From an uncultured bacterium (GTDB lineage: Bacteria > Acidobacteriota > Thermoanaerobaculia > Multivoradales > JAHZIX01): 64,000 bases of DNA. This document shows positions 35,513-45,784 of this stretch, one piece after another; the first letter of the stretch is position 1; each line of letters starts with the position of its first letter. The notes under the pieces are model-generated. The model saw only the letters and a list, made by a program, of their open reading frames with translations, made no database searches and was not told the DNA's origin. A program made the translations under genes and the position numbers. Location of the stretch: positions 352,001-416,000 of the forward strand of contig CBDUPA010000001.1 in the NCBI GenBank assembly GCA_965368975.1, given 5' to 3'.

Positions 35513-35643
35513 GCAGCACCGGGACGGCTCTGCTAGGCTCACGTCACGGAGTCGAGCGAGCAACCTGATCCCAAGGCAACTCGGAACCTGGGCACGCCCC
35601 AATTTCCGGACGGCCCAGTGAGTCGAGAGCAAAGGAGGCAACC

Positions 35644-37128
35644 GTGGCGGTGTACTTGTGGGCGATCGTGATCTATCTGGCGTTCCTGGTCTTCGTCAGC
35701 GTGCGCAAGGGACGCGACGTCAAGACGCAGGAGGACTTCATGGTTGCCGGCCGTGGTGTCACGGCGGCGTTTCTGGTCGGCACGCTCGTGTGTACCTGGA
35801 TCGGTTCCGGCAGCCTCTTCGGCGGCGCCGGCCGGGCGTTTCGCAATGGCTTCTCGGCGCTGTGGATCAGTGCCGGCGCCTGGGCCGGGCTGGCGATCGT
35901 CTACTGGCTGGCGCCGCGGGTGCGCAAGATCGCCCAGTTCACCGTGCCGGACATCCTGGAGACGCGCTACAACGCGACGTCGCGCGTGCTCGGCACCATC
36001 GCTATCATCATCGCCTACCTGACGATCGCCGGCTATCAGTTCATCGGCGGTGGACGCCTCCTGGCGATTCTCACGGAAGGCCAGGTGTCTCCCGAGACCG
36101 GGCAACTGATCGTCGCCGCGCTGGTGATCGTCTACACGGTCGTCGCCGGCATGGCCTCGATCGTCGCGCTGGATGTCTTCAACGGTCTCCTGATCACCAT
36201 CGGCGTGCTGCTGGCGGCACCGTTCGCGCTCAAGGCCGCAGGCGGCTGGAGCCAGTTGACGGCCACCCTGCCAGAGGCGCACTTCTCACTCTTCGGTAGC
36301 TTGGGGGCCGCGTCCGCGATCGGCTTGTTCTTGCCGACCTTCCTCCTGTTGCTCGGCGAGAGCAGCATCTACCAGAAGTTCATGTCCGCCAAAGACGGCG
36401 CCACGGCTCGGCGCGCCGTGATCGGCATGATCGCCGGCGTGGTGGTGGTCGAGACGCTGCTCGTCTCCGTGGCCATTTTCGGTGCCGGAATCTTCTGGAA
36501 CGACGCTGCTCACCGCACGGCTGACGGCAGTATCGACCGCGCCGCCACCGAGACGGTGATCCTGAGTCTCGGCGCCAGCGAGTTCCTGCCTCCGATCGTC
36601 GGCATCCTGCTGCTGATCGGCGCCTCGGCGATCATCTTCTCGACCGCCAACACCTTCCTGATGGTGCCGTCCACCAACCTGGCGCGTGACATCTACCAGC
36701 GCTTCGTCAACCCGGGGGCCAGCGAGTCGCAGGTGATCCGCTTCCAGCGCGTCATGATCGTCGTGCTGGCGGGTGTCGCACTGCTGCTCACCACGCAATT
36801 CCAGGACATCCTGTCGATGGCCCTCTACGCCTACACCATGATCGGCGCCGCCGTGACGCCCGCCCTGCTGGCCGCCTTCCTGTGGAAGCGTGCAACCCCT
36901 GTCGGCGGCATGGCGTCGGTGGCGGTGGGCATCCTGGCGACGGTCGCGTTCGCGGTCGCCGTCAATAGCGGCGCCGAGATCGACCTCGGTTTCATCCAGG
37001 TGACGCAGGACAACGCCTACGACTACATCATCTACCCGGCCTTCATCCTGTCGGTGCTGACGCTGGTAATCGTCAGCCTGGTGACACCGAAGCCACCGGA
37101 GGAGAAGTGGAAGCCGTTCGAACCTTGA
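35644..37128 (+). CDS. Sodium:solute symporter (SSS family)
   Basis: EDFMVAGR, TWIGSGSLFG, TVPDILETRY, YTVVAGM, many TM helices; AAGGAGG RBS. Confidence 0.92.
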   Translation: MAVYLWAIVIYLAFLVFVSVRKGRDVKTQEDFMVAGRGVTAAFLVGTLVCTWIGSGSLFGGAGRAFRNGFSALWISAGAWAGLAIVYWLAPRVRKIAQFTVPDILETRYNATSRVLGTIAIIIAYLTIAGYQFIGGGRLLAILTEGQVSPETGQLIVAALVIVYTVVAGMASIVALDVFNGLLITIGVLLAAPFALKAAGGWSQLTATLPEAHFSLFGSLGAASAIGLFLPTFLLLLGESSIYQKFMSAKDGATARRAVIGMIAGVVVVETLLVSVAIFGAGIFWNDAAHRTADGSIDRAATETVILSLGASEFLPPIVGILLLIGASAIIFSTANTFLMVPSTNLARDIYQRFVNPGASESQVIRFQRVMIVVLAGVALLLTTQFQDILSMALYAYTMIGAAVTPALLAAFLWKRATPVGGMASVAVGILATVAFAVAVNSGAEIDLGFIQVTQDNAYDYIIYPAFILSVLTLVIVSLVTPKPPEEKWKPFEP

Positions 37129-37144
37129 GGGTCTCGCAAGGCGT

Positions 37145-38860
37145 CTAGGGCATGGGGTGCGGGGTCGCGGAGAGTTCTTGGCTGAGCTGCTCGATGCTCT
37201 CTGCCGCGGCTCCGTGTCCAGCTTGCAGAAAGCCGCGCCCGATGCCTTGTAGGATCGCTTGCAGTCGTGTGGCGTCTAGATCCAGGGCGCCGAGCAGTTC
37301 CAGAGCGGAGGTCCGTTCTCCCGTGAGCCACCGCAGCACGCCGCGTCCGACGTTGGCGTTGACCTCGATTCGAGGTGGTAGCTCGACGTTCTCGACGTGT
37401 GTCAGCCAAGTTTCGGCTTGTGCGAGTCGGCCGCTCCCTGCGGCGGCGATAGCGCCCGTGATCAAGGTTTCGGCGTCTGCAAGGCCCGCGAAGTCCTCGC
37501 CGCCGTCCTGGCCGGCCGCCGTGCGCACTACGAAGAACCGCTCGTGACTGTCGGCGTCGATCAACGTGCCGTCCGGCTGCAGGTGCAGGTGCGAGCTGCC
37601 GGACATTGGCGAGACAGCGAGCAGGTGCCCGCCCTCGACGCGCAGGTGTACGGTGGTCCGCTGCGGCAGTCCGAGCGTCGACGGGGGCCAGGCCCACGTG
37701 CCGACCATGGGGGTGAGCTGAGCGCTCGAGACCTCCGTGTGATGCCGGTCGGGCGAAGTAGGTAGGGGAGACAGCGAAGGTGCATCCACCGGCTCACCGG
37801 TGCGAGCGTCGAGGATCTGCTCGACCAGGTCCAGCAGGGTGCGCATCGGCGTGCCCTGGCGGTCGTAGGTGTTGGCCCGGTTGACGATCACCAAGTCCAG
37901 TTCCGGTACGACCGCGATCATCTGGTTGCCGACGCCGAACGCGGCATACATACCGAATTGCTCGAAGCGGGGCTCACGATAGACCCACCACAGCATGCCG
38001 TAGCCGAGCATCTCACCGAGGAAGTCGCTCTCCGGTGAGTAGAGGGCCGTCGTGCGCTGGATCCACTGCCGGGAGAGCAGGCGCTGACCACTCTCCGCGC
38101 CGCCCCAGAAGCCTTGACGTGCATAGAGCAATCCGAAGCGCGCCATGTCCCGAGCCGAGGCGCGGCAGGGCCAGGACGGGATCTCGTCCTCGGGATCACT
38201 GCGCCGCCAGTCCTGCAAGCCGAGGGGGCGGGCGAACTTCGTGTCGAAGCCGGGGTAGAGCCGGGTGCCGGTCTCGTGCTCGAGGATGTCGATCAGGGCG
38301 TTGAAATCCCAGCTGCTGTAGATGAAGTGGCGTCCAGGCGTCACTTTGCCGCGCTCGGGGACACCAGGCTGGCGCTGACCTCCGCGGGTGAAGGTTTCGT
38401 CCGGGTAGATGCCGGAGCGAAACTTGAGCAGGTCGAGGATGCGGGCTTGTTTTTCATTCTCTAAGAGAGCCAGACCATCGGGCGTCCAACCCTCGGCTTC
38501 GAGATCGGCCAGCGTCTTGTTCAGCTCGATCTCTCCGCGATCCCAGTGAACGCCATAGAGGGCCGACAGGAAGCTCTTGAGTACCGAGTGGCACATGAAC
38601 TGCCGCTCGACCTCGCCCCAGGACGCCACCACGGCACCGTCGGCAACCACCAGGAAAGCGGAGGAGGGGAGCGTCTCCCAGGTCCGGCGCGCCGACTCCA
38701 GCCTCACCGGATCGAAGCCGGCTTGGGCGGGATCGTCGTAGCGCTGCCAGGTGTCACCGGGGACACGGCTAGGCGTGGCTCCGGACTCGGCGGCGAGCGG
38801 AGTGACAACCAGCAGTGCCGTCAGGAAAGTGGCTGGGAGAAAGCTCGAAGTCGCTGCCAT
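37145..38860 (-). CDS. Serine hydrolase, beta-lactamase-like family (diverged paralog)
   Basis: CHSVLKS (SxxK), YSSWDFN, SARDMARFGLLY, YGMLWW, AFGVGNQ. Confidence 0.85.
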   Translation of the reverse strand: MAATSSFLPATFLTALLVVTPLAAESGATPSRVPGDTWQRYDDPAQAGFDPVRLESARRTWETLPSSAFLVVADGAVVASWGEVERQFMCHSVLKSFLSALYGVHWDRGEIELNKTLADLEAEGWTPDGLALLENEKQARILDLLKFRSGIYPDETFTRGGQRQPGVPERGKVTPGRHFIYSSWDFNALIDILEHETGTRLYPGFDTKFARPLGLQDWRRSDPEDEIPSWPCRASARDMARFGLLYARQGFWGGAESGQRLLSRQWIQRTTALYSPESDFLGEMLGYGMLWWVYREPRFEQFGMYAAFGVGNQMIAVVPELDLVIVNRANTYDRQGTPMRTLLDLVEQILDARTGEPVDAPSLSPLPTSPDRHHTEVSSAQLTPMVGTWAWPPSTLGLPQRTTVHLRVEGGHLLAVSPMSGSSHLHLQPDGTLIDADSHERFFVVRTAAGQDGGEDFAGLADAETLITGAIAAAGSGRLAQAETWLTHVENVELPPRIEVNANVGRGVLRWLTGERTSALELLGALDLDATRLQAILQGIGRGFLQAGHGAAAESIEQLSQELSATPHPMP

Positions 38861-38887
38861 TACTGTACTGCCTTCATTGGGTCCTCT

Positions 38888-40717
38888 TCATTCGACTGGC
38901 TCAGCTTGCAGTGCTTCCAACTCCTGGCGAACGGTGGGGTTGTCGGGGTGCAGTTTGAGCGAACGCTCGAGACAGCGGATCGCCTCGGCGGTCTCCCCGA
39001 GGGTCGCGTGGATGCTGCCGAGGGTTCCCCAGGAGCGGTACGATTCCGGGAAGACTCGCGTGTTGAGCCTCAGGATCTCACCAGCGGCTCGAGGTTCTTC
39101 GTCCTGGAAGAAGTTGTAGCCGACGAAGCCGACGATCTGCTCGACCAGTTGCGGATCGGTTTCTTGGACGATTCCACGGATGGCATGTTCGGCGGCTTCA
39201 GCTTGGCCGGTGAGCAAGTCGAGCAACGCACGGCCGATGTCGACTCTGACGCCCTCTTGGCTCTCGATCTTGACCATCAACTGGCGTGCCCGCTCCTCCT
39301 GGTCAGCCGCCGCGGCGCCGAGTGCCGCCAGCATCACCGTGTTGCTGTCGGCGATGCCGGAGAAGTTGCCGTCTGCGTCTTCGATCGGGAAGTAGCGTTC
39401 GTGGCTGTCTTCCTCGTGTAGCGAGCCGTCCGGTTGTAGGTAGTGCTGGAAGGTACCGGAGTTGGGCGAGTACACCTCGAGCCATCCCTCGCCAGGTGTG
39501 ATCCGGACGCTGGTCTGTGCCCGCATCCCGAGGGCAGCTGGTGGGTACGGCCATTCGCCGGCCATGCCCGCCAGCCGCGCTTCGGTCGCTAGGGTTGCCA
39601 GCGGGTCGGCTGTGCCTGGTTCCAGTGCAACGAGTTCCGCGTCCGTACTGGCGCGACCGGTGCGAGCTTCGAGCACCTGTTCGATCAGCTCGAGCAACTC
39701 GGGCATCGGCGTGCGTTCGCCAGCGTAGGTGTCGGCGCGGTTTACGATCACCATGTCGATTTCCGGCAGCACCGCGATCATCTGGTTGCCGACGCCGAGT
39801 GCCGAGTACATGCCGTGCCGCTCGAAACGCGGTTCGCGGAACACCCACCACATGAAGCCGTAGCCCATGATCTCAGAGTCGATCGAGTAGAGGGCCGACG
39901 AGCGGCGTACCCAGTGGTGCGACAGGATCCGCTGGTTCTCGCCGTTCTCGGTGCCGGGGGCCGGGCCCCAGAGTCCTTCACGCGCGAACAGCAGACCGAA
40001 GCGCGCGGCGTCACGCGCCGACATGCGGAAGGGATAGGCCGGGTACCTCGAGAGGTCGCGCTGGTAGTGGTAGTAGCCGTCCGAAACCCGCCAGTCCTGC
40101 ATCTGTAGCGGCTGGCCGAAGTACTGGTCGAACGCTTCGAAGACGTCCTCGCCCGTCTCCTGCATCAAGATCGTCGCCAGGGTGTTGAAGTCCCAGTTGT
40201 TGTAGGCGAAGTAACGGCCGGGCCCCTGGCTGCCGCGTGGCTGCGAATCGGTGCGACCGGCGTAGGCGGCGGGGTGGAAGACGCCCGAGCGCGCCTTGAG
40301 CAAGTCGAGGATTCGCGCCTCGCGCTCGACCGGGAGCAGAGGATCCGGATAGTCGTCGATGCCCAGGTCGGACAGGCGCTTGTTGAGCTCGATCTCGCCG
40401 CGATCCCAGTAGATGCCGTAGAGCGCGGACAGGAAACTCTTGCGCACGGAGTGGCACATGAAGCGTCGCTCGACGTCACCCCAGGCCGCTACCACGGCAC
40501 CGTCCGCGACCACCATGAAGGCCGAGGACGGCAGCCCTTGCCAGGTCTTGTGCGCCGCCTCTAGTTTGGCCGCGTCGAAGCCGGCGTCGGTGGGGTCGGC
40601 GTACTGCATCCAGGTGACGCCGGGGACCCGGCTGGCTTCCGCGACGATTGGAGCGGTGGCGAGCACGAAAGTGATGACTAGCCAAGAACTTAGAACGCGG
40701 TAGGGATTCCGTCGCAT
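38888..40717 (-). CDS. Serine hydrolase, beta-lactamase-like family, with C-terminal TPR
   Basis: CHSVRKS (SxxK), YNNWDFN (YxN), SARDAARFGLL, ALGVGNQ; C-terminal AIRCLERSLKLHPDN TPR. Confidence 0.9.
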   Translation of the reverse strand: MRRNPYRVLSSWLVITFVLATAPIVAEASRVPGVTWMQYADPTDAGFDAAKLEAAHKTWQGLPSSAFMVVADGAVVAAWGDVERRFMCHSVRKSFLSALYGIYWDRGEIELNKRLSDLGIDDYPDPLLPVEREARILDLLKARSGVFHPAAYAGRTDSQPRGSQGPGRYFAYNNWDFNTLATILMQETGEDVFEAFDQYFGQPLQMQDWRVSDGYYHYQRDLSRYPAYPFRMSARDAARFGLLFAREGLWGPAPGTENGENQRILSHHWVRRSSALYSIDSEIMGYGFMWWVFREPRFERHGMYSALGVGNQMIAVLPEIDMVIVNRADTYAGERTPMPELLELIEQVLEARTGRASTDAELVALEPGTADPLATLATEARLAGMAGEWPYPPAALGMRAQTSVRITPGEGWLEVYSPNSGTFQHYLQPDGSLHEEDSHERYFPIEDADGNFSGIADSNTVMLAALGAAAADQEERARQLMVKIESQEGVRVDIGRALLDLLTGQAEAAEHAIRGIVQETDPQLVEQIVGFVGYNFFQDEEPRAAGEILRLNTRVFPESYRSWGTLGSIHATLGETAEAIRCLERSLKLHPDNPTVRQELEALQAEPVE

Positions 40718-40886
40718 GGTAGATCTCCTGAACGACCGAGTGTAGGGCACACAAAGGGCTTGCCCAGGGTACTACGGCTCGAGCCGCGTCAGGGTTGCCA
40801 GAGCCCCTGATTCGCAAGCGCTGATAACGCCGGCGCGGCAGGGCAGAGCCTGGCCAATGCCGCCGGCCTTCCAGGGACCTTCAGTC

Positions 40887-41174
40887 ATGGATGAGCGACT
40901 CGACTGATACGCCCAGCTGCGCCGCGCCTTCCGGCAGCCCGGGCTGCCGCGCGTGCCGGTATCGCTGGCCCGTCTGCGCCAGGGCGCTACGGCTGTTCCT
41001 GCGGCGCTACTGGATCGGGCTGTGTCGATTCCGTACCGAAAGCTGATTCGGGATGTGAGCTGGAATCCGGCGCGGCTGTGGGAGTTCTACCTGAAGGGTG
41101 CGGTTGGGGTGTATCCGAAGCGGGGGTTTGTGCACTTCGATACGCGTGGGTATCTGGTGGTTTGGATCGACTAG
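40887..41174 (+). pseudogene. Peptidase M15A-like remnant
   Basis: C-terminal GAVGVYPKRGFVHFDTRG matches the M15A tail; upstream MDERLD*YAQLRRAF has an in-frame stop; no SxHxxxxAxD core seen. Confidence 0.5.
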
Positions 41175-41300
41175 CTGGTCAAGCATCGGCGGCTAGGTTG
41201 CCAGAATGCGCAACTTGGGGTGTGCCGATTTCGCGACCTCGATCGAGGGGAAGAAAACGGCACAGGGCTAGCTGACAGGTGACTGATACTCTTCTGATCT

Positions 41301-42290
41301 ATGAAACTCATTGAGAAGCTAGTCGCCCGGCTGCGAAGTCTCCCGGAACACACCGTTGTCGGTACATCTCTCGCTGCGATCATCGCTTTGGTCTATGTCT
41401 TCTGGGTGATCTTCGAAGACCCCGAATCAACCGCCAACGTGAAAGACGGTCTCACAAGCATTGGCGGCTTGGTTGTGCTGGTCGGTCTTTATATCGCCTA
41501 CCGCCGCGTTCAGGTCCAACAGGACCAGCTCCAGGTCCAACAAGGGCAGCTGCAAGTCCAAGAGCGTGGCCAGATCACGGACCGGTACAGCAAGGCCATC
41601 GAGCAGCTGGCAGACAAAGAGCTAGCCATTCGACTTGGTGGCATCTTTGCCTTGGAGAAGATCGCCCTCGACAACCCCGCCGATTACCATGGCCCCGTCG
41701 CCGAGGTGCTCTGTGCCTTCCTGCGCGAACGGCACCCGGCTACGGAGATTCCCGACGAGGCTTCCGGGACGGAAGACGTGAAGCGCCCACAGAATGCAAC
41801 GGAAAACTACAGGGTTCCTACCCAGGTCCAGGCTATCTGTGAAGTTCTAAGCCGCCTGAACAGCCGGTCTGAAACTGGGCGGGTGCCGATGAACTTGTCT
41901 GGAGTGAACATGCAAGGCATCAGGCTCACAGAAGGCAATCTGGCCGGAGCCAATCTAGTCGGAGCCAACCTGTACAAGGCCAACCTGTACAGGGCCAACC
42001 TGTTCGGAGCCGACCTGCTCGAGGTCAACCTGCGAAGAGCCAACCTGTTCGGAGCCAGTCTGGAACGAGCCGATCTGGAAGGAGCCGACCTGCGAGGAGC
42101 CAACCTGCGAGGAGCCAACCTGGAACGAGCCAACCTGTTCGGAGCCAACCTGTTCGGAGCCTACCTGGCCGGAGTCAACCTTCGAAGAGCCGAGCTGGAA
42201 CGAGCCAACCTGGAAGAAGTCTTATTCGAAGAAGACGACCTCGAGTGGGTCTATCTCAAAGGCACTCTCCTCGAACCCAAAGAAGACTAA
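41301..42290 (+). CDS. Membrane-anchored pentapeptide repeat protein
   Basis: Two N-terminal TM helices; QITDRYSKAIEQL...RLGGIFALEKIA; A(N/D)Lxx repeats. Confidence 0.92.
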   Translation: MKLIEKLVARLRSLPEHTVVGTSLAAIIALVYVFWVIFEDPESTANVKDGLTSIGGLVVLVGLYIAYRRVQVQQDQLQVQQGQLQVQERGQITDRYSKAIEQLADKELAIRLGGIFALEKIALDNPADYHGPVAEVLCAFLRERHPATEIPDEASGTEDVKRPQNATENYRVPTQVQAICEVLSRLNSRSETGRVPMNLSGVNMQGIRLTEGNLAGANLVGANLYKANLYRANLFGADLLEVNLRRANLFGASLERADLEGADLRGANLRGANLERANLFGANLFGAYLAGVNLRRAELERANLEEVLFEEDDLEWVYLKGTLLEPKED

Positions 42291-42359
42291 GTCTCAATCC
42301 CCGTAGCCTCCCGAATCAACCTTCGAATCAGCTCCGCGCGAGACACCCTCTGTTCCCGA

Positions 42360-43409
42360 CTAAGCCGGCGCCTTCTCCTTGGCCTCATTCTTCTCCTTGG
42401 TCGCCGTCTCCCGCGCATTCTGCAAGAAGAAGCTCAGAGTCTGCATGGCTTCCTTGGCGAAGCTCACGTCGATGTTCTGGTCGAGGTACGTGTCCGGCCA
42501 CTTGATGTCTGCCTTCAGCATCTGGAGCATCTCGTAGGTCTTCTTCTTCCCGTCCTCAGAGTCTTCGCTGAGAACGAGATAGGCCAGCATGAAGCGATCG
42601 AAGATCGACTTGACCTTGATCAAGTAGGTCGAGGTATCTACAAAGTGGCGGTACTGCTTCAGGAACCAGGCGCTGAGGAATTCGATGAAGATGAAGAGCA
42701 GGGAGCAGGACGCGATCCCGTAGATGAACTGAGGTGCCAGCTCCCCTCTGATCCAGGCAAGAGTCTGCCAAGCCACGATAGAGATGATGAAGAACCAGAT
42801 TCCGGCCTTGGAGTAGGCCGTCCCCTGTTCCAGCAGAACGGAGGCCTTTCTATCGGCAACTGATGCATTCTCCTCCAGAGTAGTTCGGATTCCGTTGAAG
42901 TAATTGGTAAATGTTCTCACTAGCTCTTGGTCAGAGCGTAGGCCAGATATTTCTCTGACTAGTGCTTCTTGCTTCTCGGTGAAGTCTTCATCGGGCGCTG
43001 ATGCCTTCAGACTCTCGATTTCTCTCCAGAGTCTCTCGATGGCCTCACTGTCTCTCGTGGATCGTTTCTTCTCGTCGATCCTGGAAAATGCTCCTATTTG
43101 CGGAATACCCCCTGATCTTACTATAGATCTTAAAATGATGGGCAGAGATAGGATAACTGCCAAAGCAAAGAATATGAGTGGGCGAGGGTAAACAGGGTCA
43201 GACGGTTCAATTCCTAGGCGCACAACTTCTTGAATGGCAAATAATCCATATGGAATACAAGCGAGCCCAAGTAATGAAAGAACCCGATAAAATGTGTCAC
43301 TAAAATTAGGAAGGCGTAGGGGTCTTTGTCCTCGACTTTCTGAGGTTGGCTCCCACTTCATAGTCTCTGTTTCCGTGTCTGAATCGCTTGACGTGTCTCT
43401 GCTCGCCAT
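42360..43409 (-). CDS. Hypothetical multi-TM protein with coiled-coil region
   Basis: 349-aa ORF with two N-terminal and two C-terminal TM helices; visibly AT-richer 5' half. Confidence 0.7.
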   Translation of the reverse strand: MASRDTSSDSDTETETMKWEPTSESRGQRPLRLPNFSDTFYRVLSLLGLACIPYGLFAIQEVVRLGIEPSDPVYPRPLIFFALAVILSLPIILRSIVRSGGIPQIGAFSRIDEKKRSTRDSEAIERLWREIESLKASAPDEDFTEKQEALVREISGLRSDQELVRTFTNYFNGIRTTLEENASVADRKASVLLEQGTAYSKAGIWFFIISIVAWQTLAWIRGELAPQFIYGIASCSLLFIFIEFLSAWFLKQYRHFVDTSTYLIKVKSIFDRFMLAYLVLSEDSEDGKKKTYEMLQMLKADIKWPDTYLDQNIDVSFAKEAMQTLSFFLQNARETATKEKNEAKEKAPA

Positions 43410-43706
43410 TCAGGTGGCTCTCCTGCCGTCAATAGCCAGTTTGGCTGTCGTGTGTCGTGTGCGGCAGCAGTGATGAACAGCTGGTGCCTTCAGTCGTCAT
43501 GCTGCCTTCGGAGAGGCCTTAGCTGTCCATGCTCTAGTCCTCGATCTTCAAATACTTCCGTATCGCCAACCGCACAATTTCCGCCCGCGATCTGTCTCTC
43601 TCCTCGGCAGCCTTGTCCAGCGCATCCAGTTCATCGCCGTGAACCTGAACCGAAATTCGGTACATCCGGCCGTATCGCTTGGGCTGCATTCCTGGCTTGT
43701 CGTCCC

Positions 43707-43865
43707 TCAATCCTCGATCCCAAGATGCTCCCGCACCGCCGCCCGGATCACCGCTGCCTTCGACAACCGACGCTTCCGCGCCGCCTCCTCGACGGCTTCC
43801 GCTTCGTCCGGATGTAGGTAGGTCGTCACCCGGATGACCTTCTGTCCCTCGCTCTTCCTGTCCAT
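43707..43865 (-). CDS. CopG/ribbon-helix-helix DNA-binding protein
   Basis: IRVTTYLHPDEAEAVEEAARKRRLSKAAVIRAAVREHL fits the RHH beta-alpha-alpha pattern. Confidence 0.8.
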   Translation of the reverse strand: MDRKSEGQKVIRVTTYLHPDEAEAVEEAARKRRLSKAAVIRAAVREHLGIED

Positions 43866-43889
43866 GCCGGCAGTGTACGAAATTGCCGG

Positions 43890-43938
43890 TACCAGCATGG
43901 AGCTAAGCTAGTACCATAGTGGTACCACTCTAATACCA
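43890..43938. promoter_or_regulatory. Phased TACCA repeats with palindrome, putative RHH operator
   Basis: TACCA at 43890, 43912, 43923, 43934 (spacing 22/11/11); perfect palindrome AGTGGTACCACT at 43918-43929. Confidence 0.55.
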
Positions 43939-43986
43939 TTCAAGGTGTCGAGCAGGCCACCTTTTGGTCCAATCGAGGAGTGAGCC

Positions 43987-44205
43987 ATGTCTGATCCTAA
44001 CCTCGCGCTACGCGGCGGCGGCCGCCCTGGCGTGCGCCCTCTGTTCACCGCCATGTCACTGGCCGTGCTGGCTGCACAGGCGGCAGAAGAAGCAGCGCGC
44101 GACACCAGCGAAACTCGAGCTACCCGTGAAGGCGCTGGGCGCATTGCTGATCGCATCCAGCAGGATGCCGAACGGCTGGTCAGCCTGGTGCAGCACGCGC
44201 GCTAG
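43987..44205 (+). CDS. Small hypothetical protein divergent from the RHH gene
   Basis: GAGGAG RBS before ATG; 72-aa helical-looking ORF. Confidence 0.5.
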   Translation: MSDPNLALRGGGRPGVRPLFTAMSLAVLAAQAAEEAARDTSETRATREGAGRIADRIQQDAERLVSLVQHAR

Positions 44206-44602
44206 TTCCTCCCTTCGCCGGTCGGCGCGTCGCCGCCCGGCCCTCATACTCTTCATCTCCGCAATCCTCAAATGGAGGACCGCGCAACGTCGACCGTTCG
44301 GTTTGGGATTTGATGTGGATGGAGGAATCGATGAGATTCCAGTTCGAGCAGTAGGCCTTGGTGCTACGAGCTAGATCGACCGCCACTGCAGTCAGGAGTC
44401 GCGTCCAGGCGGCGAAACACGGGTAGAGACAGGCGAGCCGCCACGAGATCTTGACATCTCGATTGGCACAAAGCCCCCGAGTCGCGTTATCCTGTTGGAT
44501 ACCCGTCGTTCGCGAGGCGGGCTCGGATTTGATTTCGTCTCATCTTGCCCTCGAGGCATCTCAGGAGCAGAGCGCTACCTTGTTGATTAGGAGGACGGCC
44601 CC

Positions 44603-45784
44603 ATGAGCCAGGAGAAGCAGATTCTCATCTTCGACACCACCCTGCGCGACGGTGAGCAATCGCCCGGCGCCAGCCTGACCAGCGATGAGAAGCTACGCAT
44701 CGCGCACCAGCTGGCGGAACTCGGTGTCGACATTCTCGAGGGCGGTTTCCCGGCCGCCAGCGATGACGACGCGGCGGCGGTGGCGCGCATCGCGCGCGAG
44801 GTCGGTGGCCAGGGTGGCCCGATCATCACCGGCCTGGCACGAACCTCGCGCGGGGACATCGAGGTGCTCTGGGAGTCGGTCCGGCACGCACAGCGCTCGC
44901 GCCTGCACTTGTTTGTCGCTACCTCCGATTTGCACCTGGAGCGCAAGCTGCGCATCACCCGCCAGGAGCTGCTCGACCGCATCGGCGACACGGTTTCCTT
45001 TGCCAAGTCGCTGTGCCCGGACGTCGAGTTCACCACCGAAGACGGCAGCCGCGCCGATCCCGAGTTTCTCGCCGAGACGCTGCGCGTGGCCGTGCAGGCC
45101 GGTGCCGTGACGCTCAACATCGCCGATACCTGCGGCTACCTGATGCCGGACGAGTACGGCGGCCTGGTCAAGTACCTGATGGACAACGTGGAGCACGGCG
45201 ACGACGTGACGTGGTCCACGCACACGCACGATGACCTCGGCCTGGCTACTGCCAACACGCTGGCCGGCCTGCGCGTCGGCTGCCGGCAGTGCGAGGTGTG
45301 TATCAACGGCATCGGTGAGCGGGCCGGCAATGCCAGCCTCGAAGAAGTCGTGATGGCGCTGCACACGCGCAAGGACCTGATGGGCCTGACCACCAACATC
45401 GATACCCGCCTCCTGGTGCCGACGTCGCGCCTGGTGAGCGAGCTGACCGGCATGCTGGTGCCGCCGAACAAGGCGATCGTCGGCCGCAACGCCTTCGCGC
45501 ACGAGGCCGGCATCCACCAGGACGGCATGCTCAAGGACAAGCGTACCTACGAGATCATGCGCCCGGAGAGCGTCGGTCTGACCGAGAGCCGCCTGGTACT
45601 GGGCAAGCACAGCGGTCGCGCCGCGCTGCGCCAGCGTCTCGAACACCTCGGCTTCCAACTCGACGACGAGGCCTTGAAGGCGGCCTTCCGGCGCTTCAAG
45701 GAGCTGGCCGATTGCACCAAAGAGGTCACGGACGAGGACCTGCGCCTGATCGGTGAAGAAATCTCGCCCCTGGTCGGAGCCTAG
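44603..45784 (+). CDS. leuA: 2-isopropylmalate synthase, short form lacking the C-terminal regulatory domain
   Basis: [67 protein letters not shown]; only 393 aa. Confidence 0.93.
   Translation: MSQEKQILIFDTTLRDGEQSPGASLTSDEKLRIAHQLAELGVDILEGGFPAASDDDAAAVARIAREVGGQGGPIITGLARTSRGDIEVLWESVRHAQRSRLHLFVATSDLHLERKLRITRQELLDRIGDTVSFAKSLCPDVEFTTEDGSRADPEFLAETLRVAVQAGAVTLNIADTCGYLMPDEYGGLVKYLMDNVEHGDDVTWSTHTHDDLGLATANTLAGLRVGCRQCEVCINGIGERAGNASLEEVVMALHTRKDLMGLTTNIDTRLLVPTSRLVSELTGMLVPPNKAIVGRNAFAHEAGIHQDGMLKDKRTYEIMRPESVGLTESRLVLGKHSGRAALRQRLEHLGFQLDDEALKAAFRRFKELADCTKEVTDEDLRLIGEEISPLVGA

Noticed and set aside
37145-40717. Antibiotic-resistance beta-lactamases
   Set aside because: SxxK-family fold only; the long C-terminal extensions and motif context fit general serine amidases/esterases, so resistance cannot be inferred
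41930-42220. 15-bp nucleotide periodicity as a possible DNA-level repeat element
   Set aside because: Fully explained by pentapeptide (A-N/D-L-x-x) protein repeats
44450-44602. Leucine attenuator or leader peptide upstream of leuA
   Set aside because: No Leu-rich short ORF with an RBS and no clear terminator/antiterminator pair found by eye; an Rfam scan would be needed to exclude it fully
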